Assembly (NCBI GenBank): GCA_015059105.1 | Contig: SVBB01000004.1 | Coordinates: 5,144-69,143 of the forward strand | DNA: 64,000 nt | Origin: Erysipelotrichaceae bacterium | GTDB lineage: Bacteria > Bacillota_I > Bacilli_A > RFN20 > CAG-826 | Reading direction: 5' to 3' | Shown: positions 19,991 to 30,692 of the stretch, piece by piece | Layout: each line of letters opens with the position of its first letter | How positions within the stretch are numbered: position 1 is the first letter of the stretch | Made by a program: the position numbers and the translations under genes | The notes under the pieces: generated by a model | Told to the model about the DNA's origin: nothing | What the model saw: the letters and a program-made list of their open reading frames with translations, nothing else | The model's database searches: none

Positions 19991-22573
19991 ATGCGTAAGA
20001 TGACTAGTGAAGAAATCAGAAATACTTGGCTTAAGTTCTTTGAGTCTAAAGGACACCATATCGAACCAAGCGCCTCTTTGGTCCCAGTTAATGACCCAAC
20101 ATTGCTTTGGATCAATGCCGGTGTCGCCGCTCTTAAGAAATATTTTGATGGCAGTGAAATCCCAGTTTGTAGAAGAATCACAAATGCTCAGAAATCCATC
20201 AGAACTAATGATATTGAAAACGTGGGTGATGCCACTCACTTAACATTCTTTGAAATGTTAGGAAATTTCTCTATCGGTGATTATTTCCGTAAGGAAGTTA
20301 TACCTTGGGCAGTGGAAATGCTTTTCTCCCCTGAGTGGTTCAACTTTCCAAAGGAAAGAATCTATGTCACATACCACCCAGATGATTTAGAAACGAAGAA
20401 ATGTTGGATGGATGCTGGTATTGAAGAAAGTCATTTAATCACCAAAGAAGATAATTTCTGGGAAATTGGCGAAGGTCCATGTGGTCCAGATACAGAAGTC
20501 CATTTCGATAGAGGGGAAAAATATGACCCAGAACATATTGGGTTAAGACTACTTGAAGAAGATTTACCAAACTTCCGTTTCGTGGAGATATGGAATATCG
20601 TCTTCTCTCAGTTCAATAGTGAACCTGGTAAAAAGAGAAGTGAATACAAAGAACTTCCTAGCAAGAATATCGATACAGGCGCGGGCTTAGAAAGATTTGC
20701 AGTCGTCCTCCAAGAAACTGATACAGTTTATGAAACAGATTTATTCTGGCCAATCATCGAACATACCGAAAAGATATGTGGCAAGAAATATGATTATAAC
20801 AATCGTGCCTTTAGAGTCATCGCTGACCATATGAGAACATGTACATTTGCTTTAAGCGATGGAGCGAATTTCTCTAACGAAGGCAGAGGATATGTTTTAA
20901 GAAGACTTCTTAGAAGAGCTTCTCGATATGGAAAAGTATTAGGTATTAATAAGCCTTTCTTATATGAACTTGTCGATACAGTTATCGAAATCATGAAAGG
21001 ATATTATCCTTATTTATTATCTAAAGCTGATTTTGTAAAGAAATCGATTAAAGCGGAAGAAGAAAAGTTCTTAAGAACTTTAAATAATGGAGAAGAAATC
21101 CTCCTTAAAAAGATTGAAGGCAGTTCTTCTTTAAGCGGAGAAGATATGTTCCTTCTCTATGATACATTTGGATTCCCAAAAGAATTAACAATGGAAATCT
21201 GTGATGAACATCACGTGAGCTATGATATCGATAGATTCAACGAACTGATGAAAGAACAAAGACAAAGAGCAAGAGATGCTCGTGGCGATCTCCAGTCGAT
21301 GAATAAACAGTCCAAAGATTTGATGGAATTCAAACTTAATAGTGAATTCACATATGATGATAATGATATAGAGGCGAAGGTCATCGGCTTATTCCTTAAC
21401 GGCGAAAAAGTGGATGTCCTTACTGAAAGTGGAGAAATCATCTTTGATAAGACTAATTTCTATGCGGAAAGCGGTGGACAAATCGCCGATACAGGGGTCA
21501 TTGAAAACGAATCGACTTCTTTAAAAGTAAACAATGTCTTAAAAGCTCCAAATAAACAGTACCTCCATTTTGTGGATGTCAGTTATGGTGAAGTTCATCT
21601 CGGCGATACATTTACTTTAAAAATCGATAAGAAGCGTCGTCAACTCATCATGCGTAACCATTCAAGCGTGCACCTTCTCCAAGCGGCTTTAACTGAGGTA
21701 TTAGGTGATCAAATCGCCCAACACGGTAGTTATGTCTCCGATGAATATTCTCATTTCGACTTCAACCATATGGAAAAAGTCAAAGACGAACAACTTAAAG
21801 AAGTGGAAAGACTCGTCAATCAATATATCTCTGACGGTATAAAAGAAGAGACAAAAGTTCTTCCAATTGAAGAAGCGAAAAAACTCGGTGCGAAAGCCTT
21901 ATTCAATGATAAATACGGCGATGTGGTAAGAGTAGTCACATTTGGTGAAGTCAGTAAAGAATTCTGTGGTGGCACGCATGTCTCTAATACGAGAGATATC
22001 GGTTTATTCGTCATTGAAAGCGAAGAAAGTGTCGCTAGTGGAGTGAGACGTATCACGGCGAGAACCTCAATTAAAGCTTATGAACTTCTTAAGAAAAGAG
22101 AAGCCCAACTCGCTTATGCGCGTGATTTATTAGGCGCTTCATCATTATTTGAAGTGAATACGAGATTAAAAGCATTATTAAATGAAAAGAACGCTTTAAA
22201 GAAAGAGCTTGAAATCGCAAAAGATAAACTCGCGAATGCATCCGCGAATAAACTCAATGAAGCCTTTGTTAATAAAGACGGCATCTATGTCTTAGCAGAA
22301 TATATTAAAGGTGCTTCTAGAGAAGCCTTAGTTTCTATGGCCGATAAACTAAAAGTAATTCATGAAGATTACGTCATCGTTTTAATCGGTGAAAATAACC
22401 TACCAATTTTAGCGATGGTCGGCGGCAATGCGAAAGGTAAATACCACGCGGGTAAACTTGTAAAAGAAATTAGTTCCATCTTAGGCGGCTCTGGTGGTGG
22501 TAGAGATGAATTCGCCAATGGCGCTGGTAAAGATCCTAGCAAGATTGAGCAGGCTTTAAAGGCTGTTAAATAA
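19991..22573 (+). CDS. alaS: Alanine--tRNA ligase
   Basis: The protein is 860 aa. It has the class II AlaRS motifs, an editing domain HxxxH...CGGTH, and a C-terminal DHHA1-like region. Confidence 0.95.
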   Translation: MRKMTSEEIRNTWLKFFESKGHHIEPSASLVPVNDPTLLWINAGVAALKKYFDGSEIPVCRRITNAQKSIRTNDIENVGDATHLTFFEMLGNFSIGDYFRKEVIPWAVEMLFSPEWFNFPKERIYVTYHPDDLETKKCWMDAGIEESHLITKEDNFWEIGEGPCGPDTEVHFDRGEKYDPEHIGLRLLEEDLPNFRFVEIWNIVFSQFNSEPGKKRSEYKELPSKNIDTGAGLERFAVVLQETDTVYETDLFWPIIEHTEKICGKKYDYNNRAFRVIADHMRTCTFALSDGANFSNEGRGYVLRRLLRRASRYGKVLGINKPFLYELVDTVIEIMKGYYPYLLSKADFVKKSIKAEEEKFLRTLNNGEEILLKKIEGSSSLSGEDMFLLYDTFGFPKELTMEICDEHHVSYDIDRFNELMKEQRQRARDARGDLQSMNKQSKDLMEFKLNSEFTYDDNDIEAKVIGLFLNGEKVDVLTESGEIIFDKTNFYAESGGQIADTGVIENESTSLKVNNVLKAPNKQYLHFVDVSYGEVHLGDTFTLKIDKKRRQLIMRNHSSVHLLQAALTEVLGDQIAQHGSYVSDEYSHFDFNHMEKVKDEQLKEVERLVNQYISDGIKEETKVLPIEEAKKLGAKALFNDKYGDVVRVVTFGEVSKEFCGGTHVSNTRDIGLFVIESEESVASGVRRITARTSIKAYELLKKREAQLAYARDLLGASSLFEVNTRLKALLNEKNALKKELEIAKDKLANASANKLNEAFVNKDGIYVLAEYIKGASREALVSMADKLKVIHEDYVIVLIGENNLPILAMVGGNAKGKYHAGKLVKEISSILGGSGGGRDEFANGAGKDPSKIEQALKAVK

Positions 22574-22574
22574 T

Positions 22575-23000
22575 ATGGAAAAAGCGATTGGATTAGATTT
22601 AGGAAAAAAGACTTTGGGCATCGCGACAAGTGACGCTTTGGGCTTTGCCCATCCTTTAGAAACATTCCGTTTTCCCGCCTTTCAATTTGAACTCGCGGTT
22701 AATAGAGTTAATGAAGTGAGTAAAGAAAAAGGAATTACTAACATCGCTTTGGGGTATCCTCTTCACCTTAACGGCAAACCTTCTGAGATGAGTGAAAACG
22801 TTCTTAATTTCAAAAAGATGCTCGAGGAATCTAACCCTAACTTTAAGATAGAATTAATCGATGAAAGATTAACCTCTGTCCAGGCGAATAACACATTGTC
22901 ATTTTTAGATGTCAGCCATCAAAAAAGAAAAGATAATGTCGATGCTTTAGCGGCCCAAGAAATCTTAGAATCATATATCCGTAGTAAACAGTATAAATAA
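22575..23000 (+). CDS. ruvX: Holliday-junction resolvase-like YqgF/RuvX
   Basis: IGLDLGKKTLGIATSD is the RNase H-like YqgF motif. The conserved position after alaS supports the call. Confidence 0.85.
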   Translation: MEKAIGLDLGKKTLGIATSDALGFAHPLETFRFPAFQFELAVNRVNEVSKEKGITNIALGYPLHLNGKPSEMSENVLNFKKMLEESNPNFKIELIDERLTSVQANNTLSFLDVSHQKRKDNVDALAAQEILESYIRSKQYK

Positions 23001-23013
23001 GGAGGTAATAATT

Positions 23014-23289
23014 ATGGCAGAAATCAAAGAAAATCAAATCGTCATCACCGATGATAACGGTGAAGAGCTCGTCATGGAAATCTTATTCACTTACGAAAAC
23101 GAAGAAAGAAATAAAAAATACGTCTTCTTCTATGACCCAAATGATGAAGAAAACGTTTTAGCGATGTCTTATGACGAAGAGACTGGTGAACTTTTTGAAA
23201 TTGAAGATGATGAAGAATATGAAGAAGTAGAAGAAGTCTTCAACGCATATAATGAAGATCCAGAAATTCAGAATCTAAAAGAAAATTAA
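23014..23289 (+). CDS. DUF1292-family small acidic protein
   Basis: The pattern ITDDNGEE...FTYENEERNKKYVFFY and the conserved alaS-ruvX-DUF1292 synteny of Firmicutes support the call. Confidence 0.7.
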   Translation: MAEIKENQIVITDDNGEELVMEILFTYENEERNKKYVFFYDPNDEENVLAMSYDEETGELFEIEDDEEYEEVEEVFNAYNEDPEIQNLKEN

Positions 23290-23858
23290 TAATATATTAA
23301 TAAACCAAATATCGCGGCGATCACAATTAATAAGATGGGATTGACCGCTTTTTTGTTGACCTTTTTATAGATGAACATCCCACTTCCTAATATTAGGAAT
23401 AAGGCGAAGGCTTTTCTATCGAAGTTAAATTCACTAGTAAGGGAGTTGCCGTTAAAGAACATCAATTTGATGAACAGCATAATAGTTGTAGACAATATCA
23501 AAGATATCGCTACTGGGATAATGCCGTTAAGACCGCCTTTTACATATTTGTTTTTAAGAAGTTTATTTAAAATCATCGCGACGATGATAATGATGATTAA
23601 ACTTGGGAGAATCACTCCGATAGTCGCGCATATCGAACCGAATATTCCCCCGACATGACTACCGATAAAAGTAGAGATGTTAATGGCAAATGGACCAGGA
23701 GTAGATTCGCTTATGGCGATGAAATTAGTTAAAGCGTCTTCAGTTATCCATCCTTTAGAGATGACCATATTTTGGATGAGAGGGATCATCGCATATCCGC
23801 CCCCAAAAGTGAATAATCCGATTAAGAAGAAAGTGTAGAAGAGTTCAAAGAATATCAT
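23286..23858 (-). CDS. chrA: Short-chain chromate-ion-transporter (CHR) half protein
   Basis: LFTFGGGYAMIPL is the CHR family motif. It is a ~190 aa half-size protein paired with its neighbour. Confidence 0.75.
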   Translation of the reverse strand: MIFFELFYTFFLIGLFTFGGGYAMIPLIQNMVISKGWITEDALTNFIAISESTPGPFAINISTFIGSHVGGIFGSICATIGVILPSLIIIIIVAMILNKLLKNKYVKGGLNGIIPVAISLILSTTIMLFIKLMFFNGNSLTSEFNFDRKAFALFLILGSGMFIYKKVNKKAVNPILLIVIAAIFGLLIYY

Positions 23859-24463
23859 TGTTTCTCTCCTTTCACTTTGACGGTGATAACACCTACTAAC
23901 GCGCCGATTAAAATGAGACCGATGCTGATAAATGGAATAGAGATATTAAATATCGATAAAGTGACCATCGTAATTAATGAAATGATAAAAACGATTAATG
24001 AAATAGGGGTTTTATCGACATTTTTAAATAATTTAATAACAGCGTTTAATAAAAGTAAAATAACTGCAACTTTTATGCCTTTAAACATCGCAATTACCCA
24101 TGACCAGGTCATAAATTGGTCATAGATTAACGAAATTAAATAGATGACGACAAAGCTTGGGATCGCTAATCCAAGAGTCGCGAGTATCGCTCCCCAGATG
24201 CCAGCTTGTTTATATCCAACATATGTGGCAGTGTTCACCGCGACAGGACCAGGAGTAGATTCAGCGATGCCAATGATTTCTAGCATTTCGGTATCGCTGA
24301 CCCATTTTCTTTTTTCAACAGCCTCTTTATGGATGAGAGGAATCATCGCATAACCGCCTCCAAAAGTAAATAAACCAATCTTCGCGAAAGTGAGCATTAA
24401 TAATAGGCAGCTTTTTAATTCATTCATCCTTGTTATTTTACATAATATATGGTGTTTTGTCAT
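23855..24463 (-). CDS. chrA: Short-chain chromate-ion-transporter (CHR) half protein
   Basis: The same GLFTFGGGYAMIPL motif is present. It overlaps the partner gene by 4 nt. The start may instead be the Met of MNELKS at 24427. Confidence 0.7.
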   Translation of the reverse strand: MTKHHILCKITRMNELKSCLLLMLTFAKIGLFTFGGGYAMIPLIHKEAVEKRKWVSDTEMLEIIGIAESTPGPVAVNTATYVGYKQAGIWGAILATLGLAIPSFVVIYLISLIYDQFMTWSWVIAMFKGIKVAVILLLLNAVIKLFKNVDKTPISLIVFIISLITMVTLSIFNISIPFISIGLILIGALVGVITVKVKGEKQ

Positions 24464-24503
24464 ATCATATATGATAAAGTTACTTTATTAATGGAGCAAA
24501 AAT

Positions 24504-26000
24504 ATGGAAAAGAAGATCGATATTTTAAAAGAAAAACTGAAATTAATCAGAAAATATAACCACGCTATTGGAATCATGTATTTTGATTTTGAAACAATTG
24601 TCCCTGTTAAAGCAAGGGAAGAAGAAGCCGATGTTTTAGATTATTTCTCTAATGAATTATTCAAATTATCTCATAACAAAGAAATGGATGAACTCGTCAT
24701 TGATCTATATAACCACAAAGAAAAGCTTGATGATGAACTCGATAAAAAGCTTGTTGAATACCTTTATGAATCATATGAAAAGAACAAGAATATCACTCCT
24801 GAATTCGATTTGAAGATGTCGAATATCTTTTCCCGTTCTTATAACACTTGGCTAGAAGCGAAAGAAAAGAAAGATTATAAAATCTTTATGCCAGTCTTTA
24901 AAGACGTTATTGATATTTCTAAACAAGCGATTGAACTTAGAGATAACCGCTTACCAAACATCTACGATGAAATGCTAAGCGACTGTGAAAAAGGTCTTAT
25001 TCAAGAAGATTTAGATCCATTCTTCAACGAACTTAAGGAAGGATTATTAGAACTACTTTCTAAAATCAAAGCTTCTAAACATGTCATTAGAGATGATTTC
25101 CTCTCTAGAAATGTTCCGATTTATAAGCAAGAAGCATTTTCTAAATATTTATTAGAACTAAATGGTTATGATTTTTCTAAAGGTGTGCTTTCTACTACAG
25201 AGCATCCATTTACTTCTAACGTTGCCCGTAATGATGCGAGAGTGACCACTCATTATTATGAAGATATGTTTTTATCTAATATCTTCTCTATCATTCATGA
25301 AGGTGGTCACGCGATATTCATGCAAAATGAAAGAGATATCGACCATGACCATTTCATCAACGATCACATCACTAACGGGATGCATGAATCGGTTTCCCGT
25401 TTCTATGAGAATATTGTTGGAAGAAGTAAAGAATATATTCATCTCATCTATCCAAAACTCATTGAAACATTTGAAGAATTCAAAGATGTCAGTGAAGAAG
25501 AATTATATGAAGCTGTCAATATTGTTAAACCTTCCTTAATAAGAACAGAAGCAGATGAGGTGACATACGGCTTACATATCATCGTTAGATATGAAATGGA
25601 AAAGCTCATCGTTAATAATAAGATATCAATCGAAGAGATTCCTCATAAATGGAATGAACTTTATAAACAGTATTTAGGGGTTGATGTTCCTAATGATAGT
25701 GAAGGTGTTCTTCAAGATGTGCACTGGACAAGTGGGTTTGGCTATTTCCCGAGTTATGCGATTGGAAATTGCTACAACGCAATGTATCTAAATAGGTTAA
25801 AAAATGAACTCAATTTTGAAGAGTTAATTTTAAGAGGAGATTTCGCTTCTATCAATAAATGGATGAAGGAAAATGTCTTCGTTCATGCAAATGTATTAAC
25901 CCCAAAAGAGTGGATTAAAGAACTGACTGGTGAGTCGCTTTCTCCAAAAGCATTTTTAGCGTATTTAAACGAGAAATATTCCAAGATTTATCGCTTTTAA
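24504..26000 (+). CDS. M32 carboxypeptidase (Taq-type)
   Basis: IHEGGHAIF is an HExxH-like zinc site. LQDVHWTSGFGYFPSYAIG is the M32 signature. Confidence 0.85.
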   Translation: MEKKIDILKEKLKLIRKYNHAIGIMYFDFETIVPVKAREEEADVLDYFSNELFKLSHNKEMDELVIDLYNHKEKLDDELDKKLVEYLYESYEKNKNITPEFDLKMSNIFSRSYNTWLEAKEKKDYKIFMPVFKDVIDISKQAIELRDNRLPNIYDEMLSDCEKGLIQEDLDPFFNELKEGLLELLSKIKASKHVIRDDFLSRNVPIYKQEAFSKYLLELNGYDFSKGVLSTTEHPFTSNVARNDARVTTHYYEDMFLSNIFSIIHEGGHAIFMQNERDIDHDHFINDHITNGMHESVSRFYENIVGRSKEYIHLIYPKLIETFEEFKDVSEEELYEAVNIVKPSLIRTEADEVTYGLHIIVRYEMEKLIVNNKISIEEIPHKWNELYKQYLGVDVPNDSEGVLQDVHWTSGFGYFPSYAIGNCYNAMYLNRLKNELNFEELILRGDFASINKWMKENVFVHANVLTPKEWIKELTGESLSPKAFLAYLNEKYSKIYRF

Positions 26001-26086
26001 GTTTCTTTTTTACTAAAAAAAGAGAAATCATTAGGCAATAGGAAATAATATTGTTATAATAACAATCGCAAAAAGAGGTATTAACC

Positions 26087-26557
26087 ATGGCAGATAAAAC
26101 TAAATTAACAAAAGAAGGTAAAGCAAAACTTGAAGCTGAACTCCGTCATTTAATCGATATCGATAGAGAAGAAGTCAAAGCTCAATTAAAAGAAGCACGT
26201 GCGCAAGGCGACTTATCTGAAAACGCTGACTACGATGCTGCAAGAGCAAGACAAGCAGAAGTTGAAGGCCGCATTACTGAGATTGAAAATATCTTAGCGA
26301 ACGCGGAAATCATCGAAGAAAAGAAAGGTGATTCCAAGAAAGTCGGTTTAGGTTCCACAGTGGAAGTTGAATATCTTGAAATCGGCAAGAAAGGAACATA
26401 CACAATTGTCGGTTCCGTTGAGTCTGATCCATTCCAAGGTAAGATCTCTAATGACTGTCCCCTCGGATCAGCCTTAATTGGCAAAAAAGAAGGTGACATC
26501 ATAGATGTCAAAGGCAATAAGCCATATCAAGTGAAGATTATAAAATTAACAAAATAA
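26087..26557 (+). CDS. greA: Transcription elongation factor GreA
   Basis: The protein is 156 aa with a coiled-coil N-terminus and an FKBP-like C-terminus, a canonical GreA. Confidence 0.9.
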   Translation: MADKTKLTKEGKAKLEAELRHLIDIDREEVKAQLKEARAQGDLSENADYDAARARQAEVEGRITEIENILANAEIIEEKKGDSKKVGLGSTVEVEYLEIGKKGTYTIVGSVESDPFQGKISNDCPLGSALIGKKEGDIIDVKGNKPYQVKIIKLTK

Positions 26558-26618
26558 AAAATTTTTTCCCGAAAATTTCCGATTTTTGCCCTCTTATATA
26601 TTAGGAGGGTTTTATTTT
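26551..26618 (+). repeat. Copy C of the recurrent cassette, immediately upstream of the comEA ATG
   Basis: It reads aaaataaaaaattttttcccgaaaatttccgatttttgccctcttatatattaggagggttttatttt-ATG. It aligns with copy D over ~55 nt. Confidence 0.7.
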
Positions 26619-27191
26619 ATGTTTAAAATCATCATCGGTGTAGTCGTGGTGGCAGTCATCGCGATTACCGTCTTCATGGTCATCGATCCAAACATCAATT
26701 TGGTGAGGACTAATGATACGTCAAATACCACAAGTATGGACATAATGAACGATGCGAGCAATTCATTATCGACAGCCTCTTTTGTGGTAAGCATTGAGGG
26801 AGAAGTCTCTAAAGAAGGAAGCTATGGATTCGATGAACTTCCAACGATGGGAGAGCTCATTGAAGCCGCAGGAGGATTAACAACTGCCGCGGATGAACGT
26901 TGCTATTTTGAAGATGTGGAATTAGAAAATGGTAAGACATATTTCATCTCATCAAAATATGAATCCGGCAATATCTGTTCTTTAGTGGAACTTAAAAAGG
27001 TCAATATCAATACCAGTAACTCCGAACAGCTTTTAGCCGTCAGCGGTTTTACTACAAGCGTCGCTAATAGCATCATCTCTTATCGCGGAGAGAAAGGTCA
27101 ATTCAACACGATTGAAGATTTGCTTAACGTATACGGCATTGGTAATGCGACATACCGCAAAGTAAGAAGTTACGTCTATCTTCACGAGTGA
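26619..27191 (+). CDS. comEA: Competence protein ComEA (DNA receptor; TM plus tandem helix-hairpin-helix)
   Basis: An N-terminal TM helix is present. The C-terminal HhH is LLAVSGFTTSVANSIISYR...LLNVYGIGNATYRKV. The start is set at the ATG at 26619, right after the aggagg in the cassette. Confidence 0.8.
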   Translation: MFKIIIGVVVVAVIAITVFMVIDPNINLVRTNDTSNTTSMDIMNDASNSLSTASFVVSIEGEVSKEGSYGFDELPTMGELIEAAGGLTTAADERCYFEDVELENGKTYFISSKYESGNICSLVELKKVNINTSNSEQLLAVSGFTTSVANSIISYRGEKGQFNTIEDLLNVYGIGNATYRKVRSYVYLHE

Positions 27192-29206
27192 TCTATCTAT
27201 TTGCCTTCATCGCTTTAATAATCGGATTATATTTCCGTTATCACCTCATCATATGTATTGTCCTATCAATATCTATTCTTTTGCTCGCTTTATTTAAAAA
27301 TAGAAAGAAAATACATCTATTAATATGCATATCTTCTTTAGGATTAGGAATTGGGATGAGCTATATCTCTTTTAACTATGACCAAAATGCTTATGATGGG
27401 GTGGTGATGGAGGTAAAAGATAATTATTATATTCTTTCTAGTAAATTTGAAAGGCTATATATCTATCAGAAGAATCACCATAAAGAAGTGGGGGATATCA
27501 TCCATATTGAAGGAAAGAAAGAAGAACTATATTTCTATAAATTAGAAAGCGGATTTGATTTTAAAGATTATCTAAATAAAAAAGGCGTTAACTACGAATT
27601 TAAGGTTAGTAAAGAACAATATATCTTCTCTAATCCGTTAAGGTTTAAAGCATATCAAGACAAGGTATTATCATATTTTAATGAAGACACTAGAGGGATA
27701 GTGGGCTCAATATTATTCGCGAGAAATGAAGATTTTACTAGCAAAGATAACCTCGATAGTTTGCATTTAAATAGGTTAATCAATGCGAGTGGAATATATT
27801 ATGCGATGTATCTCTCATTCTTCACTTTCTTATTTTCATTTTTCTTTAAGAAGCGGTGGGCGAAATTATTAGGTTTAGTCTTACTAACTCCATATGTCAT
27901 CTCTTTATTCCCAAGATTTTCAATATTGAGATTTTATGTACTCGCTATATTTAGATATATCAATGATAATCATTTGAAAAAGAAGGTTAGTTTTCTTACT
28001 TACTATCCTCTATTTGGTATCGCTTTTATATTAATAGATTATCACCTCGTTTATAGCGATTCATTTATCTTAGGATTTTCTATACCAATATTAGTACAGT
28101 TTATCTCGCATTCTTTTTCTATTAATCACTTCATTAAGAAGAGAATATTGGTCTATATTTTAGTTTTGATATTCTTCATTCCTTTTGATATCAAATTCCA
28201 TCATGAATTATATCCTTTATCATATCCAATGCAGATATTATTAACTCCTTTATTTACGTTATTTGGAATAAACGGAATACTCGCTAGTTATGGGTTACCG
28301 ATATACCCATTTATTGAACTGATTGCAAGAATAATAACAAGCATTTCTTCAATATTAGTGAAAATGAAATTTGCGATTTATTTACCAGCGATGAATGAAT
28401 ATATCTCACTAATTTATTACAGTTTATATTTTATTAGTTGTTACTACGTTTCAATCCATTATCGCTTGATCTATAAGTATCTAATACTAATGATATCAAC
28501 ATTTTCCTTATGTTATATTGCCCCGATTAATAACGGATTAAGCGATAGTGTCACTTTCATAAATGTAGGTCAAGGAGACTGCTGTTTGATTACCCATAAA
28601 TATACGAGTGTTCTCATCGATACAGGTGGCTCTATATATACCGATATTGGTAAAGAATGTTTGATCCCTTATTTTAAGTCGCGAAGAATATATGATATCG
28701 ATTTAGTGATAACTACCCACGATGATTATGACCATATGGGTGCATTAGCCTCATTAAAAGAGAACTTTGTCGTGAAAGATTATATTAAAGAGGCGAGCAA
28801 GTTCCCTTTTAACTATAACGGAATTAGTTTTACTAATTATAATAATTATTATTCTTCTACGAATGATGACAATGATAAGTCATTAGTAATCGGCTTCAAT
28901 TTATTTAACACTGACTTTTTAATAATGGGAGACGCGCCAATTAAAGTAGAAAAGGAAATGATTAAGAATTATAAATCTATTCCCTGTGACATTCTAAAAG
29001 CCGGACATCACGGCAGCAACACATCAACATGTGATGAATTCGTGAAATTTGTTTCTCCTAAAGAGGCAATTATCTCCGTCGGGAGAAATTATTACGGTCA
29101 TCCACATAAATCGGTTTTGGATATTTTAAAAAAGAATAATGTGAAAATTAGATCAACTTTGTTAGAAGGAAGCATTACATATTCTTCATTAGCTTTTCCT
29201 AACTAA
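27188..29206 (+). CDS. comEC: Competence protein ComEC/Rec2 (DNA internalisation channel with a metallo-beta-lactamase domain)
   Basis: A polytopic membrane N-terminus is followed by a C-terminal MBL domain (VTFINVGQGDCCLI ... HHGS). A GTG start overlaps the comEA stop. Confidence 0.85.
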   Translation: MIYLFAFIALIIGLYFRYHLIICIVLSISILLLALFKNRKKIHLLICISSLGLGIGMSYISFNYDQNAYDGVVMEVKDNYYILSSKFERLYIYQKNHHKEVGDIIHIEGKKEELYFYKLESGFDFKDYLNKKGVNYEFKVSKEQYIFSNPLRFKAYQDKVLSYFNEDTRGIVGSILFARNEDFTSKDNLDSLHLNRLINASGIYYAMYLSFFTFLFSFFFKKRWAKLLGLVLLTPYVISLFPRFSILRFYVLAIFRYINDNHLKKKVSFLTYYPLFGIAFILIDYHLVYSDSFILGFSIPILVQFISHSFSINHFIKKRILVYILVLIFFIPFDIKFHHELYPLSYPMQILLTPLFTLFGINGILASYGLPIYPFIELIARIITSISSILVKMKFAIYLPAMNEYISLIYYSLYFISCYYVSIHYRLIYKYLILMISTFSLCYIAPINNGLSDSVTFINVGQGDCCLITHKYTSVLIDTGGSIYTDIGKECLIPYFKSRRIYDIDLVITTHDDYDHMGALASLKENFVVKDYIKEASKFPFNYNGISFTNYNNYYSSTNDDNDKSLVIGFNLFNTDFLIMGDAPIKVEKEMIKNYKSIPCDILKAGHHGSNTSTCDEFVKFVSPKEAIISVGRNYYGHPHKSVLDILKKNNVKIRSTLLEGSITYSSLAFPN

Positions 29207-29302
29207 CAATCATATAGATTGACTGTTATGTTGTTTATGCTACAATTTAGATAAACCTATGCAAAACACAGAGAAATGCATAGAAAAGTTAAAATATAAA
29301 TT

Positions 29303-29845
29303 ATGCTAAAAACAAGAGAACAATGCATCAAAGAATATGGAAGCGATTATCTAATTAATCAAAAAATCGCTAAAGGAGAGCTTTATCGAATTGATAGAGG
29401 AGTATTTTCGGACGATATAAATGTTCCTGAAGTTGCATTGCTTTCTTTTAAATATCAAAATGCAGTCATTACTTTAGAAACCGCTTTATATATTTATGGT
29501 CTTTCTGATGAGATACCAGATTATTGCTATATGGCAACAAAAAGAGAGAGCGCTCCGATTATCGATAAGCGTATTAAACAAATATTTGTGCCTAAAAACA
29601 TTCTCGATTTAGGCAAAGTAGAACATATGTATAAAGGCTATAAGATTTTCATCTATTCAAAAGAAAGATTGTTAATTGAATTAATCAGATATAAAAACAA
29701 ATTGCCTTTTAATTACTATAAAGAGAATATTAGAAATTATCGTAAAATATTGCCGCAGTTAAACATTGAACTAATAAATCAATACGCAGAGGCTGTGCCA
29801 AAAAGCGATAGAATTATCAACACTCTGCGTATGGAGGTTTTTTAA
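29303..29845 (+). CDS. AbiEi-family antitoxin / transcriptional regulator (type IV TA)
   Basis: It is ~180 aa with an N-terminal wHTH-like region. The size and the ATGA overlap with the downstream nucleotidyltransferase are typical of AbiEi. Confidence 0.7.
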   Translation: MLKTREQCIKEYGSDYLINQKIAKGELYRIDRGVFSDDINVPEVALLSFKYQNAVITLETALYIYGLSDEIPDYCYMATKRESAPIIDKRIKQIFVPKNILDLGKVEHMYKGYKIFIYSKERLLIELIRYKNKLPFNYYKENIRNYRKILPQLNIELINQYAEAVPKSDRIINTLRMEVF

Positions 29846-30654
29846 TGACAAATATTCAAGCGATGATATCGCAATATACAAAAATAGGATATAGCGAGTT
29901 ATTAGCGGAATCGAAAGTTTGTCAAGATATTATATTGAAAGCAATATCAAAAAGCGTTTTTAGCAAAAATGTTACTATCAAAGGTGGTGTTGTAATGCAA
30001 AGTATTACAAACGACGTTCGTCGTGCTACTAGAGATATTGATTTTGATTTTATCAAATACCCTATAAACCATGAATCCATTAGAGATTTCTTTGAAAAAC
30101 TCAACTGTCTTGATGGAATTACAATCCGAATAGTGGGAGACATAGAAGAGTTATCTGAGCAAGAATATCGTGGAAAAAGAGCATGGGTTATCGTTAAAGA
30201 TAACACAGGGAATAGCATAAAAACCAAAGTTGATATTGGGGTACATAAAAATATTCAAATTGAGCAACAAGAATATTGCTTTAATATATATCATGATGAA
30301 GAGAAGATTTCCTTATTCGCTAATACCAAGGAACAAATATTTACTGAGAAACTAAGAGCACTATTAAAATTTGGTATTTTTTCAGGTCGATTAAAAGATG
30401 TTTTTGATATGTATTACTTATCAAACGATATCAGTCTTTCAAAACTTAATATATGTATAAAAACATATATTCTTGAAGATGAAACAATGTTGGAAAATGA
30501 TATTGGTGACATTCTGCTTAGATTATCAAAAATATTCCATAACCCCTTCTTTTTAAAGAATATTAAAAAAGACACAAAATCTAATTGGAATGATGTAGAT
30601 CCTAAAGAAGCATTTGATGCAATTACTAAGTGTATTAGTAGATTGAAGCAGTAA
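29845..30654 (+). CDS. AbiEii/AbiGii-family nucleotidyltransferase toxin (DUF1814)
   Basis: KGGVVMQSI..RATRDIDFDF is the AbiEii nucleotidyltransferase core. It is translationally coupled to the upstream AbiEi. Confidence 0.8.
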   Translation: MTNIQAMISQYTKIGYSELLAESKVCQDIILKAISKSVFSKNVTIKGGVVMQSITNDVRRATRDIDFDFIKYPINHESIRDFFEKLNCLDGITIRIVGDIEELSEQEYRGKRAWVIVKDNTGNSIKTKVDIGVHKNIQIEQQEYCFNIYHDEEKISLFANTKEQIFTEKLRALLKFGIFSGRLKDVFDMYYLSNDISLSKLNICIKTYILEDETMLENDIGDILLRLSKIFHNPFFLKNIKKDTKSNWNDVDPKEAFDAITKCISRLKQ

Positions 30655-30692
30655 TTCTTATAAACATTATCCTTTTGCTCTATAATTTATTC

